Shown here: positions 12,349-26,400 of the stretch, piece by piece
Position numbering within the stretch: the first letter of the stretch is position 1
Layout of the letters: each line of letters begins with the position of its first letter
Assembly (NCBI GenBank): GCA_950097015.1
Contig: CATNEN010000029.1
Coordinates: forward strand, 2,294,001-2,358,000
Origin: Macrostomum hystrix
Taxonomy: Eukaryota > Animalia > Platyhelminthes
Length of the DNA: 64,000 nucleotides
Reading direction: 5' to 3'
The notes under the pieces: model-generated
Database searches by the model: none
What the model was told of the DNA's origin: nothing
The model's input: only the letters and a program-made list of their open reading frames with translations
Translations under genes and position numbers: made by a program

Positions 12349-14409
12349 CGGCATCAAGGACCTGCTGCCTGGCTTGATCATCCTGGAGATCGCCTTGGCT
12401 GCACTGATCGCCCTATTCGGCATCGCAGGCAACATCCTGACCATCTTGGTGCTGCGGGTGCCCAACCTGCGCCAGACCAGCACGGCGTTCTACTTCGCCG
12501 CCCTGGCCTCCGTGGACATCCTGGTGCTGCTGATCGGGCCCACCGTGAAGGCAGTCTCGGCTGCCGTGTTTGAATCCGAGCGGCACATCCGTGACACCAG
12601 CATGCTGAGCTGCAAGCTCATCCTCTATGTCAACTATTCGTCATCACAGATCAGCGCCTGGGTGCTGGTGGCTGTCACTATCGACCGCGCCATCTGGGTG
12701 CTTCTGCCGTTCAAGGCCCGTCAGGTCTGCACCGTCAGGCGCGCTGCCATTGTCCTGGCGGTCATCTGCACCCTTATCTGCTGCATCAACACTCAGGTGC
12801 GACAGTGTCTTGGGACTGCTGCCTCGCCTGATGTCACACTCACCTGAGGTCACACTCACCTGAGGTCACACTCACCTGAGGTCACACTCACCTGAGGTCA
12901 CACTCACCTGATGCCACACTACTCACCTGATACACCACCTGAGGTCACACTCACCTGATGCCACACTCACCAGAGGTCACACTCACCCACCTGATGTCAC
13001 ATGGATGGGGAACTAATTTCCAAAGAAGACAATGAGCATGAAAGAGAATGGCAAGTGTGCCAGTTAATTTTCTACCTGGATTAGTACAGAAAATATTCCC
13101 TTCTGCAGAAAAACCTCAAAAGTGCACTTAGCCGTGTAATTCACTAGCTACCAGTGATGCGCACAAAGGGTAAAGTTTTCTTTTAGCATAGCACACGAAT
13201 TGAGCAGTTGCGTCTGTAGGAAAGCCCTCTTTGTGCCAATTGATATTGTTATTCCTTTCAGCTCCGCAAAAAAAGGAGATTCACTAAAATCGATAAGGTT
13301 CCCAATATAACTGCCTTCTTTCTGACTTCCAAGTCTTCTGCTTGCATTCAGAGCTCCAAAGTGGCGTCGTGATCCAAATCCTTCAAACGATTTCTGTTTG
13401 AAAGCTGTGTCATGTCGTATTGAAGAGTTTGAAACGATTTTCTGCAGACAGCATAGAAATGCAATTTGCTTAACTCTGACTAAAATCGATCCTAATAATT
13501 TAAGGACAATTTGTTTAGACTCTTGCCCTAGTGCAAAATGCAAATCTAGATCGTTATGAAATTCGGAATATAATTTTTTTCGGATTATGAAATTAAGGGG
13601 TATATGAAATATTAAGGCTATGAAATTTAGTTGAAATGAAAATGCCATATTCTGAGTTTCTCGGCCATTAACTCACACAGGTGCTGATGTCCGCGAACCT
13701 CGGTCCGGGCAATGCAACACAGAAGTGTCACCTGCACTATTCGATAATGCGGCACGCCTACGTGTCTTATATCGACCCGGGCCTGGTGACAATCGGGCCA
13801 TTCCTAATCATGCTGGCCGCCAACCTGTTGATTATTAGGAAACTCCGACAGGTGCGCGCGCGCCGGGAGACCAGCCTGAATAAGCAGAGGCGCGGAGACT
13901 CCGGCCGCAATCTGACTAAAATGCTGCTGTGCACCAATTTCTTCTACCTGTTCTCCTCACTGCCCTACCTGCTCATCATGCGGCTGCTGAATGAGAAACG
14001 ACCCGAGATAATGAAACGGCCAGCTTTAATGAACTTTGTCTACCTGATCCAAGGCCTGTGCTATTCGCTGTTCAATCTCAACTACGCCATCCACTTTCTG
14101 CTCTACTGCTTGGCTGGGCCGGCCTTCAAGGCGGAGGCCTTCCGCATTCTCGGCATTCGGCAGGCCGGGGGTCAGGGGCAAGGCACCTGCAGCGGCACGG
14201 CCGGCGGAGGCGGGGAACGGAGCCGAGCTGGAGCCAACACCTGCGACGTCGAAGAGAGCAGTTATCAGCAGCAGCAGCGGCAGCAGCAGCGGCAGCAGCA
14301 GCAGCAGCAGCAGCAGCAGCGCGGCCACGGAGAGGAGATGGAACTGCTTCCGGTGACAGCGGAAACTAACAATGATGATCGGAGAGTTGAAAATTCGGAC
14401 GATATGTGA
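12349..14409 (+). CDS. Rhodopsin-like (class A) GPCR, probable neuropeptide receptor; N-terminal exon not located
   Basis: Exons 12349-12796 and 13681-14409 (CAG|GT donor, CAG acceptor, phase 0). TM1 GNILT, TM2 LASVD, TM3 DRA, TM6 SLPY, TM7 NYAIHFLLY; seven hydrophobic segments; poly-Q C-tail. Confidence 0.9.
12832..13000. repeat. 16-bp minisatellite (CACACTCACCTGAGGT) in the GPCR intron
   Basis: About 10 units starting ~35 nt after the donor. Confidence 0.9.
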
Positions 14410-15983
14410 AGGCTAACGCACTGAAGAGGGATTTCAAGAGACGAAATGGATTCAAACTTTATAATGAAGTTCAGTTATAAAATAAAATTTCTTTTTTCTC
14501 TAACTCACAGCGTATCTGAAGCAAAGCTCTAGCTATTATGTGGCACAAAGTACTCATTCGGTAGCTTTGGTTCATTTGTGCAACAATTATTTTATCTGCT
14601 TATATACGACCTTGTGGTCTGAGTTTCTGAATTTTGACCTTGAGCAAGACAACTGAATTACTGATTGCTTCAGTTCAGCCAGCTGTGAAATGGCTGCGAT
14701 TTCTACTGGGTCCTCCCCAGTCCGCGGACTGATCAGCTGTACACAGCCTTTGGAAGCGCCGCTGTACCAATGGCTGTACAATTGGCCTAACTGGTCTAGG
14801 TGAAATTTATATCTACTCTCTATTCTTTGACAATTTCTCATACTTGCGCATAACTGCAATATAATTGTGCGTAATTTTTCATTCGCTATTCTTGGATCAT
14901 GTCTTTTGAATATAGTAAACTGAGAATTGATGTCGTGAGAACTACACATTAGCGAGCCACTAAAGTACATTTCAATCAAAAGTAGAGAGTTAATGTTTAT
15001 AGATCACGTGGGAGAGTCATTTGTTCAATTCACTGTCTTTATCGCCAGACATATTCGTTAACTTACACTCAATGTACACGCTCTGATTCTCAGAGATTTA
15101 CATTGTGTACATTGTTTACCAATAGCTTTAACCCAATGTTGCTGCTTGCAAGCACCGCATCTAATCGATTTGAGACATTCAGTTTCACATCTGTGTAGCT
15201 TTATTTTCATTTTTGATATTCGGTACATAAAGAATTGCACATTTTTATCACTGCTGCTTAGGTAGATCACTGAATTCAATTTAGAGAGAAGCCTAACCTT
15301 TCACTTTCATTGGTCAACAAGGGATCGAGTTCTTGCTATTTTTAGAAAGCCCGGGAAACCCCGGTTGGATATCCATCACGTGACTGACCCCAGCCAATAA
15401 AATTTTTTAGGTGTTTTCCACTATATATAAATTCCGCGCCACCTAGTTACGCCGTCCTCGATCACTGTTGTTTGTTAAACTACTAATTACGTATTTTTTC
15501 ATTAAACATGTCATTTAAATCGAGCAGAAACTATGAGAGCGAAAGTTTTCTTCTAGTTGAATGCACAGTTCTTCGTAATACTATTTATTTTAAACGAAAA
15601 TATATTTTAAGCACAACTTATGGACCTAATCTGATGGAGAGAAGTTTTTTGCATAGTTTTATTTCTCTAATGCATCGTATAGCTATCACGTGATTGTGAT
15701 TAATTAGCGGGTCAGGACCCCAATCAATAAAGCTGTCAATAGATTTATTATCATGCCAAGCAATGCCATTTGGCCAATTTAACTGACTGCATATATTTTT
15801 ATTGTGGGAGCTGTGATACGGGCGGTAGAGAGAGGTCTCAGATAGGTAGGAAAAATCAGTAGAGAAAGAGAACATTAAAGGTAGATAAACATATCGAAGA
15901 ATACATACTTCAGTAGAAATTATGCTGAATCAACCTCATTGAGTTTAAAAGTTCATTAGATAGTAGAATACACCACGCATATA

Positions 15984-16375
15984 ATGGAATCCATCCGACA
16001 GAGAATGGAATCCATCAGACAGAGAATAGAATCCATCAGACAGAGAATAGAATCCATCAGACAGAGAATGGAATCCATCCGACAGAGAATAGAATCCATC
16101 AGACAGAGAATGGAATCCATCAGACAGAGAATAGAATCCATGCGACAGAGAATAGAATCCATCAGACAGAGAATGGAATCCATCTGACAGAGAATGGAAT
16201 CCATCAGACAGAGAATGGAATCCATCTGACAGAGAATGGAATCCATCAGACAGAGAATGGAATCCATCTGACAGATTTCAATCTATCAGACAGACAGATG
16301 GGAATCCATCAGACAGATTAGAATCCATCAGACAGAAAGATGGGAATCCATCAGACAGATTTGAATCCAACAGAC
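15984..16375. repeat. 21-bp minisatellite (GAATGGAATCCATCAGACAGA)
   Basis: About 18 units, degenerating at the right end. Confidence 0.93.
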
Positions 16376-17194
16376 AGAATAGACCAATAATACTGTCCCT
16401 CATATTTCAGTGCAAAAGCGCAATCAGCAAATTAGCTCGGTATACGCTCGTATGTGAGAACAAAGGTTGTAAACGATATTGTTATTGTTGGAGTCGGATG
16501 GTTAATGTTAGAATGGAAATTAATCTCTACTTTTCTCTTTCGCTCTCACAAGATTGATAACTCGATTGCAGACTAGAGAAAGTTCAAGCAGCAGCAGCAG
16601 CAGCAGCGGCAGCGGCAAGTTGATTGAATGTTAACCAGAAACCAGCGGTTGGCCACTATGTCAGTTGCGAGCAGGAACAAGATAAATTCAACAGCACAGC
16701 CTGCAGGACCCCGGTCAAACTTTTCCATTTCAATGGGCTCGGGAGCAAGCCGAAGGTTTACGCAGCTGCTGTCACTTATGGGAACTGGTTCTCCGACTTT
16801 GCCGGCCCGATCATTTTCTTGCTTTCCCGGATTTCTCCCATCGCACGAATTTCTCCCCCAAACGCCGGCTTTTTGACATTCTGAGGCTGCTTGGGCAGCA
16901 GGAAGATTAGTCCCATAGCAACAGTGGGATTTTCAAGCCTGGGGAGGATTCTAGTCGGACCACAATGAGCCCGCACCGGCGCACCACCTGGGCTGGATTG
17001 AGGATACCACCAGCCTTCATCTCTGCTTGGGCATCAGTGTGTTTTCGCCTATTTCAATCGCTGAAGAATTACGAATATTTTGTCGTGCGCGTGTGCCAAA
17101 CAGATGGGCTACTGTCACTAGAAACAGACGAGGGGGATAATTCTCCCCAGTTGGACATTGCGGTAAACTAATTGGCTAAAGGAACTAATGAACA

Positions 17195-17391
17195 GTGTGA
17201 GGGTGTTCGAGACGGAACAGGAGTAGAACAGGGTGAGGGTGTTAGAGACGGAACAGGAGTAGAACAGTGTGAGGGTGTTAGAGACGGAACAGGAGTGGAA
17301 CACGGTGAGGGTGTTAGAGACGGAACAGCAGTAGAACACGGTGAGGGTGTTAGAGACGGAACAGCAGTAGAACACGGTGAGGGTGTTAGAG
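17195..17391. repeat. 36-bp minisatellite (GAGGGTGTTAGAGACGGAACAGSAGTAGAACASKGT)
   Basis: About 5.5 units. Confidence 0.9.
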
Positions 17392-17937
17392 ATTTCGGAC
17401 TGGAATTGAGACTAGCGACCATACACAGGCAGGGTTGCACCTTTGGGTACAGTGGTCATTGGTCACATTGGTCACGGGGAATTCACACTTCGACTTCAGG
17501 GGCTTCCATTTCGCTTGGCCAAGCGGAATCTGTGGCCCGGCTTCGCGCTTTAGACATGAAAAAGTACAGTCCGCCTGGCTGAGCATTTTAAGGCTGAGCA
17601 GAGCAGGCATGAGGTTCGGCAGAGGCTTATTAACAATTCTCGCTCTGAGTCGCAGTGGTGTTTGCAGATCATGAATGATGCAACGGTTTTAAAGTAATCG
17701 CAAACTATTCTTTGCTTCTTCGCCCACCTGTCTGCCCACCTTTTTTAGTTTACTCGTCTACGGAGAAGACTGAGGATAATGAGAAAGTATTTGATGCAGG
17801 TTTGAAACGGCTGTCTGTTTGAACAGAAGCTGGGAAGTAGGGCAAAGCTTTGAGGACCTTGAAAGTTTTTCTAAAAGAAGTTTTACCCTTTAAATCTATG
17901 CTAAATAAAATGGGAAAACTAAGTTGTTTAAATGGGA

Positions 17938-18412
17938 TTTCAGCCAATTCTGTGGGGTTTCAGCTAATTCTGTGGCATTTCAGCTAATTCTGTGGCATTT
18001 CAGCTAATTCTGTGGCATTTCAGCTAATTCTGTGGGATTTCAGCTAATTCAGTGGGATTTCAGCTAATTCTGTGGGATTTCAGCTAATTCAGTGGGATTT
18101 CAGCTAATTCAGTGGGATTTCAGCTAATTCAGTGGGATTTCAGCTAATTCTGTGGGATTTCAGCTAATTCAGTGGCATTTCAGCTAATTCAGTGGGATTT
18201 CAGCTAATTCAGTGGGATTTCAGCTAATTCTGTGGGATTTCAGCTAATTCAGTGGCATTTCAGCTAATTCTGTGGGATTTCAGCTAATTCAGTGCGATTT
18301 CAGCTAATTCAGTGGCATTTCAGCTAATTCAGTGGGATTTCAGCTAATTCAGTGGCATTTCAGCTAATTCAGTGGCATTTCAGCTAATTCAGTGTGATTT
18401 CAGCTAATTCAG
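17938..18412. repeat. 20-bp minisatellite (CAGCTAATTCWGTGGSATTT)
   Basis: About 23 units. Confidence 0.96.
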
Positions 18413-18749
18413 CTAGAGATGAGGCTCAACGTCTTCAGATTAGCAGATGCCAAATCTGGCAGACAGATTAATAATATTTTTCAGCCCTTTACACAGAACT
18501 GAACCCGCTAGATAATAGAGGCTGCAGAATCGCACATTTTTCTCCAAACGAGACTTGGACGGGTAGGTGGACAGACTGAGAGCTGTGTGCAGCCTGAATT
18601 TCGGTATGAAATTTCACTCATAGTTATGCCTGCAATGACTACCGGTGCAGCGCCAACTAACTAATCGATTTGCCATTATTTACATTATCGAAGAACAGGA
18701 CTAGAAATTTATTAAGAGGAAGCTAAGAAGAAAGGTATACGGCTAATGT

Positions 18750-19860
18750 CCTACTGACATTCCAGCGATCCTGCTGACATCCCAGCGATCCTGCTGACAT
18801 CCCAGCGATCCTACTGACATCCCAGCGATCCTACTGACATCCCAGCGATCCTACTGACATCCCAGCGATCCTACTGACATCCCAGCGATCCTACTGACAT
18901 CCCAGCGATCCTACTGACATCCCAGCGATCCTACTGACATCCCAGCGATCCTACTGACATCCCAGCGATCCTGCTGACATCCCAGCGATCCTACTGACAT
19001 CCCAGCGATCCTACTGACATCCCAGCGATCCTACTGACATCCCAGCGATCCTACTGACATCCCAGCGATCCTACTGACATCCCAGCGATCCTGCGGACAT
19101 CCCAGCGATCCTACTGACATCCCAGCGATCCTACTGACATCCCAGCGATCCTACTGACATCCCAGCGATCCTACTGACATCCCAGCGATCCTACTGACAT
19201 CCCAGCGATCCTACTGACATCCCAGCGATCCTGCTGACTTCCCAGCGATCCTACTGACATCCCAGCGATCCTACTGACACCCCAGCGATCCTACTGACAT
19301 CCCAGCGATCCTACTGACATCCCAGCGATCCTACTGACATCCCAGCGATCCTACTGACATCCCAGCGATCCTACTGACATCCCAGCGATCCTGCGGACAT
19401 CCCAGCGATCCTACTGACATCCCAGCGATCCTACTGACATCCCAGCGATCCTACTGACATCCCAGCGATCCTACTGACATCCCAGCGATCCTACTGACAT
19501 CCCAGCGATCCTACTGACATCCCAGCGATCCTGCGGACATCCCAGCGATCCTACTGACATCCCAGCGATCCTACTGACATCCCAGCGATCCTACTGACAT
19601 CCCAGCGATCCTACTGACATCCCAGCGATCCTACTGACATCCCAGCGATCCTACTGACATCCCAGCGATCCTACTGACATCCCAGCGATCCTACTGACAT
19701 CCCAGCGATCCTGCGGACATCCCAGCGATCCTACTGACATCCCAGCGATCCTACTGACATCCCAGCGATCCTACTGACATCCCAGCGATCCTACTGACAT
19801 CCCAGCGATCCTACTGACATCCCAGCGATCCTGCTGACTTCCCAGCGATCCTTCTGACAT
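18750..19860. repeat. 20-bp minisatellite (CCTACTGACATCCCAGCGAT)
   Basis: About 55 highly homogeneous units. Confidence 0.97.
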
Positions 19861-20387
19861 TTGTGAGATGTTTTTGCGATTTCAATGGGAACACAGAATA
19901 AGGCAGGAAGGTTCTGGGTAAGAAAACGCATTGAATCCTGGGTTCAATTCTCCCCTCGTCGATACTGTAGCACACTTGAGAACCCTGAAGAATTTCGGAA
20001 ACACGTTGACGTTTCTTTAACAAATGAGCAAGTGGCACTGCAGTTATTGTTGGCTAAAAGCGGTTCCCTGTCCCGGATTTGAAGTTTTGACAGCCAAACA
20101 GGGGGGGTTGGTTCTGCAAACCTTGTAAAATATGCCAACGAATGAATGAATTCAGTGCAGTTATAACTGCTAGTCCATCTAAAATTTTAAACCATTGTCT
20201 ATCTTTGAAGTACATTACATATACTTTGAAGGCGTCGCATTGTGTGCATATTTAGGATGATTGAGGACTGAAAATACAGCCAAACAGAAAGGAGCCCTTG
20301 CCTCATCAAAACAGGCGCGAAATATTCAAGTATAAATGAAGTAAAAGCTTACCACCTTGACTTTGAAGCCAAATATGCTTGCTAACT

Positions 20388-21035
20388 CACCTCAGACCAC
20401 GCCATCTCACCTGACACCACACTATCTCACCTGACACCACACTATCTCATCTGACACCACACTATCTCACCTGACACCACACTATCTCACCTGACACCAC
20501 ACTATCTCACCTGACACCACACTATCTCACCTGACACCACACTATCTCACCTGACACCACACTATCTCACCTGACACCACAATATCTCACCTGAGAACAC
20601 ACTATCTCACCTGAGAACACACCATCTCACCTGAGACCACAATATCTCACCTAAGAACACACTATCTCACCTGAGAACCCACTATCTCACCTGAGAACAC
20701 ACCATCTCACCTGACACCACACTAACTCACCTGAGAACACACTATCTCACCTGAGAACACACTATCTCACCTGAGACCACACTATCTCACCTGAGAACAC
20801 AGTATCTCACCTGAGACCACACTATCTCACCTGAGAACACACTATCTCACCTGAGACCACACTATCTCACCTGAGAACACAGTATCTCACCTGAGACCAC
20901 ACTATCTCACCTGAGAACACACTATCTCACCTGAGAACACACTATCTCACCTGAGACCACACTATCTCACCTGAGAACACACTATCTCACCTGAGAACAC
21001 ACTATCTCACCTGAGACCACAATATCTCACCTGAG
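20388..21035. repeat. 20-bp minisatellite (CACACTATCTCACCTGAGAM)
   Basis: About 32 units. Confidence 0.96.
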
Positions 21036-21689
21036 GCTATCCCACCCTATTATCGTCTAAGTCTATCTTATCCCATTTGAGAGACGGCATATTTCCCAAG
21101 ACATTAGCGAATAATAAGCTCTAAGCGGAGAACTCCAAGTGGAATCCCTATTCCGATATCTCAAACGAACCGAGCAAAACGCCGAGACCGCTGGCAGTAT
21201 TTTTTCAGCGTCATCAAATTGGATTTGAGCTGTGGAAACTAAGCAAGCGGAAGGAAGACGAGCGACCAGACATGCGGTGGAGTCGAACAAGATAATAACC
21301 CCTTTCATCTGGCAGGCAAATCGAGGTCCAAGCTCGATGGATATCAAAGAATTCGCCGACTTCATACTAATTTGTCAAGAACTAGCTCTAAATGGAAAGC
21401 GAAAAGCTGATTATGCCTTAGGGAGGCTAAGCCCAAAGCCCTCTCTAAAAGCGAATTCGAACTGACGACCTAAAAGGAGGTTATTTGACAGATTCGTTCA
21501 AATCAACTTTGTGTGAAAAGCTTTCATGAAAGCGTAGCTCGCCTCGAGACCATTAAACGCAGCCTCGGACATTCTAACCATAGACTATGATGAATTAAAC
21601 GGCGTTTATCATATATGAAATTCGATTGCTTATTTTCGGGGCATCCCATCTGATTGATAGACATATAGGTTAAGACCATTTGATTCCGA

Positions 21690-22014
21690 CCATAGACAAA
21701 AAAATAAATTTCTCACGAAGATACAGTCACGAAGCAGCCAGTCAGTCAGTGGTGGCAAAACGTAAAAGCCGAATTCAAAGTTCACTTTAATGTTCCATAT
21801 AATGCTCCTTATTTCGAGGATATTATATGATATAATATCCTAGTTTTTGTCAAATAATCTCATCAAAAATTACCATAGACAACACATTCCCGGCTCAGAA
21901 TAGTACAATTTTTAACGATTAAATAAGCAATCGTATTTTATGTAACGGTGAAACTGAGAATTCGCTGCTCTGATTTCGTGAATTTTCTACGAGTACATTG
22001 CTTTTTGTCTATGG
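21690..22014. mobile_element. Possible MITE with CCATAGACAAAAA terminal inverted repeats
   Basis: 13-bp inverted match (21690 vs 22002-22014); extra CCATAGAC at 21873; no clear target-site duplication. Confidence 0.35.
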
Positions 22015-23426
22015 CCAAATCATATTTTCAATTGAGTGTTTTTTCCCACAAAATCACAAAACATAAACATCGTCAAGATATTCAACGGCTCTCGTCGGGG
22101 TACCTGTTAGCAAAAGCCACCAATTTTTATGCTAATAAAATTGCATCACGTGACCATATCGGCTATCTACTGAGCAATGTTAGTTGTCATTGTCACCAGG
22201 GCAAAGTAGGCAGTGGGAAATACCCGTCTTGCTCGATCACACAAATTGTTTCCTTCGGGCTGAGTTTGCCAGCTGTCACTCACATTGTGGGCAGAATTTA
22301 ATTGATTATAGCATAGAAAAGTCTAGAACTAGAAGAGTTTAGGGTGCATACGCACGGATTTTGAACGATTCACAAACAGCGATAGCCATTCTATTCATCC
22401 AGTCTTTTTAATGGCAATATTGAAACCCTCAGAAGCTTAATCCCTTAGTGACTAAAATCAGAACCCTGCTGATCTACAAATCCTTCCTCTGTAGATTTCA
22501 AAGGAACTAGGGACCGCACTGGCCGAAATTAAAAGCCTCATTTGACTTTCAGTTCTCTTGTGCAAGAAACTACTGAGTGTTTAATCTTAATCCTCGTCCT
22601 CTCTAAAAATATCTGACGCAGGCGAAAACTGTAAATAGTATTTACGGTGCTTCTGTATCGACAGGATTAATTCCACACTTGATAAACTCATAGACCTTAA
22701 TTTAAACTTTATTTTCAGAATACTCAATCTTGGGATTCTTTTTCTACTCTTTGGTAGCCCAAATAGGTACCAGCATTAACTGGAGAAGAAATTGAGTAGT
22801 TTTAGACTTTCCAGTCCATGGACTGAACAGTTGTTACACAGCCTTGGGAAAAACTTTACTGGCTGCACACCTGGCTTAACTAGATTTTCTGTCACTCCGG
22901 GTGCTTTTGAAAGAGCAATGAGGGCATTACAGCATGAGGAAATTGAGTCGACAGCAGGAAATTGGACAGCGACAGAAAGCAACAGTAGCTAATAAGTCGC
23001 ACTTTTTCACATCACAAGGTCAGCGGGTGTCGAACCCGGGACTTCACCGGCCAGAAGTGGAGCCAATAGAGGAAATCAGTAAATTAAAAAGAAGCTCAAT
23101 CTGAGGTAGTTGTTGCCTAATTAAAACAGACGCACCAGGCAGACAAAAATATGCTAAGCTGCCACAGTGAAGGCTGGTGGCTATAAACAACCACCTGAAG
23201 AAAGTGTAGGTGTATTTGAGGATGTAGCTGAAAAACAGCTGGGCAATAGTAGGGAAAGTAAAAAAGAAGTAGAACAAATTGCCTAGGAAGCATTTTAGCT
23301 TCGGTGCAAATGCACTTCAAAAGTGAATATTATAAAACAAGTAAACAACGGGAGAAAAACTGGAAAACAAATATAATAAGTAAATATATAAAGCATGTTA
23401 ATCAATTAGTGAATTTCGATATCTCA

Positions 23427-26400
23427 CTACCGGCCCACCACCTGTTCGAAGCTGATGTCAAATAGGGACGGCGATTCTCCATCGAATGCAAAGTTGTTAG
23501 CAGAAGCGACTGGGCCTTGCGCGTTTAAGCGTCGATCCTCATCGTCGGGCTCGTCCAGCAGCTGGGCAATGGTAGCAGAAGAAGGTTTTGTTCAAGAAGT
23601 GTTTTCCATGTTTTTCCATCATTCTAAACACTATCTAGGGATTTTGGGATTATATGCATGCAATTAATGCAATCGAGCTGAGAATGCATATTTTTTAGTA
23701 GTCAGACAGAACCGACACAAGAATAATATGAGAGCGGGGCAGAAATTTAGAAGAGAAAAGTAGAAAAGTATGCAATACGGCTTCATCTCTCTCGCCAGCG
23801 AAGCGAAAAGAACAAGTTTTAAGAATAAGAAGTAGCGGATGAAGGCGACCAGCTGCCTGACTGGGCAGGCGGTGGGGCTGTGTGAGAGAAATAAATTGAA
23901 GAGCCGAGGCCAAAACAGGGGCTAAGGCCGCGAGCGAGGAACAGGGCACTTTTCTTTATTCCATCCTTCTTGTGTCTTGAGAGCAGAGGGAGCCAAGGCT
24001 GTTTGCAAAGCGTTTGAAAACTAAAGAGGGCCAATATGTAGTAAAGTCTATTTGGATGGCATCTAAAGCGACGAATTGGCTATTGAAATCTGTTGCAAAT
24101 CTGGCTACCCACTATACAGCCAAGCCGTCTAGAGCCTAGACGACTATTAGCGGGAAAAATGCAATGCAGTTAGATGATGAATCACTATAACAGATGATGA
24201 AGAAGAAGCGAGAATGACAAATTAAACGCAGCCAGGAGGGAGAGAAAGAGATAGAGGCAGTGCGCACGATAAAGCGTCACACAAAGTATAGGGTAAAGCA
24301 ATATAAATATTTTAAGCATAGAAAATTAGTCTTATCAAAGAAGCTAGCTAATCAATCTGGGAATGGCGGGAACTAGATAAAAAAAGCGGAGATTGTTTCG
24401 AAACCCATCAAGACAAACTCCTCTTTGAAGCTAAAGTCGAAGCTGTCTTTCTATCTATCTCTCTGTCGCCCCCTTCTCTGTGAGTTCTCAATCATACTCA
24501 CAGTCTACGCCTCTTTTCGATACATATCGGCTAGGACGGGTGCAAGGTGCAACTATATTTATTTTTAGCGACTAAAAATAATCGGTAAAGAACATGCCTA
24601 GCAGATGAGACTAGAGTTGCTCTCTAGATAGTTAGTTAGGTGCACATTACTTCGCCTTGAAGTTGTACAGGAACATGCAGTAAAAATATCCCTTAATCTT
24701 CATAAATAAGTAAATTGCTAAGACTGGCCAAACGCTACGAGGGAATGAAATGCTTGCTCATTCCGGATCTACATAATTATATTGGCTGGCCTGAACGCGG
24801 AACACGCTGAATCGAATAATGTTTAGCACTTGTTATAAGCTGCGCTTCACTGAGCTGGCATTCAATTCACTACACCAGCTCACACAATGGAAACAGCTGA
24901 TTGAGTCACTGAGCCGGCATTCACTACACCAGCTCACACAATGGAAACAGCTGATTGAGTCACAGAGCCGGCATTCACTACACCAGCTCACACAATGGAA
25001 ACAGCTGATTGAGTCACTGAGCCGGCATTCACTACACCAGCTCACACAATGGAAACAGCTGATTGAGTCACTGAGCCGGCATTCACTACACCAGCTCACA
25101 CAATGGAAACAGCTGATTGAGTCACTGAGCTGGCATTCACTACACCAGCTCACACAATGGAAACAGCTGATTGAGTCACTGAGCCGGCATTCACTACACC
25201 AGCTCACACAATGGAAACAGCTGATTGAGTCACTGAGCCGGCATTCACTACACCAGCTCACACAATGGAAACAGCTGATCGAGTCACTGAGCCGGCATTC
25301 ACTACACCAGCTCACACAATGGAAACAGCTGATCGAGTCACTGAGCCGGCATTCACTACACCAGCTCACACAATGGAAACAGCTGATTGAGTCACTGAGC
25401 CGGCATTCACTACACCAGCTCACACAATGGAAACAGCTGATCGAGTCACAGAGCTGGCATTCAATTCACTACACCAGCTCACACAATGGAAACAGCTGAT
25501 CGAGTCACAGAGCTGGCATTCACTACACCAGCTCACACAATGGAAACAGCTGATCGAGTCACAGAGCTGGCATTCAATTCACTACACCAGCTCACACAAT
25601 GGAAACAGCTGATCGAGTCACAGAGCTGGCATTCAATTCACTACACCAGCTCACACAATGGAAACAGCTGATCGAGTCACAGAGCTGGCATTAAATTCAC
25701 TACACCAGCACACACAATGGAAACAGCTGATTGAGTCACAGAGCTGGCATTCAATTCACTACACCAGCTCACACAATGGAAACAGCTGATCGAGTCACAG
25801 AGCTGGCATTCAATTCACTACACCAGCTCACACAATGGAAACAGCTGATTGAGTCACTGAGCTGGCATTCAGTTCACTACACCAGCTCACACAATGGAAA
25901 CAGCTGATCGAGTCACAGAGCTGGCATTCAATTCACTACACCAGCTCACACAATGGAAACAGCTGATTGAGTCACTGAGCTGGCATTCAGTTCACTACAC
26001 CAGCTCACACAATGGAAACAGCTGATCGAGTCACAGAGCTGGCATTCAATTCACTACACCAGCTCACACAATGGAAACAGCTGATCGAGTCACAGAGCTG
26101 GCATTCAATTCACTACACCAGCTCACACAATGGAAACAGCTGATCGAGTCACAGAGCTGGCATTCAATTCACTACACCAGCTCACACAATGGAAACAGCT
26201 GATCGAGTCACAGAGCTGGCATTAAATTCACTACACCAGCACACACAATGGAAACAGCTGATCGAGTCACAGAGCTGGCATTCAATTCACTACACCAGCT
26301 CACACAATGGAAACAGCTGATCGAGTCACAGAGCTGGCATTCAATTCACTACACCAGCTCACACAATGGAAACAGCTGATCGAGTCACAGAGCTGGCATT

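Noticed and set aside
15375-15430. E-box (TCACGTGA), CCAAT and TATATATAAA cluster
   Set aside because: No downstream gene could be identified; short motifs alone do not support a promoter call.
16560-17950. GC-richer segments with small ORFs, including VVIGHIGHGEFTL resembling a GTPase P-loop
   Set aside because: Lacks the GK(S/T) residues, and no phase-consistent exon chain could be built.
22792-22992. TPGAFERAM resembling a reverse-transcriptase motif
   Set aside because: No flanking YxDD or other RT motifs.
23562-23609. ATG GAA AAC ACT TCT (MENTS) as a start for the 23.5-kb exon
   Set aside because: An in-frame TGA follows immediately; the acceptor at 23562-23563 explains the exon better.
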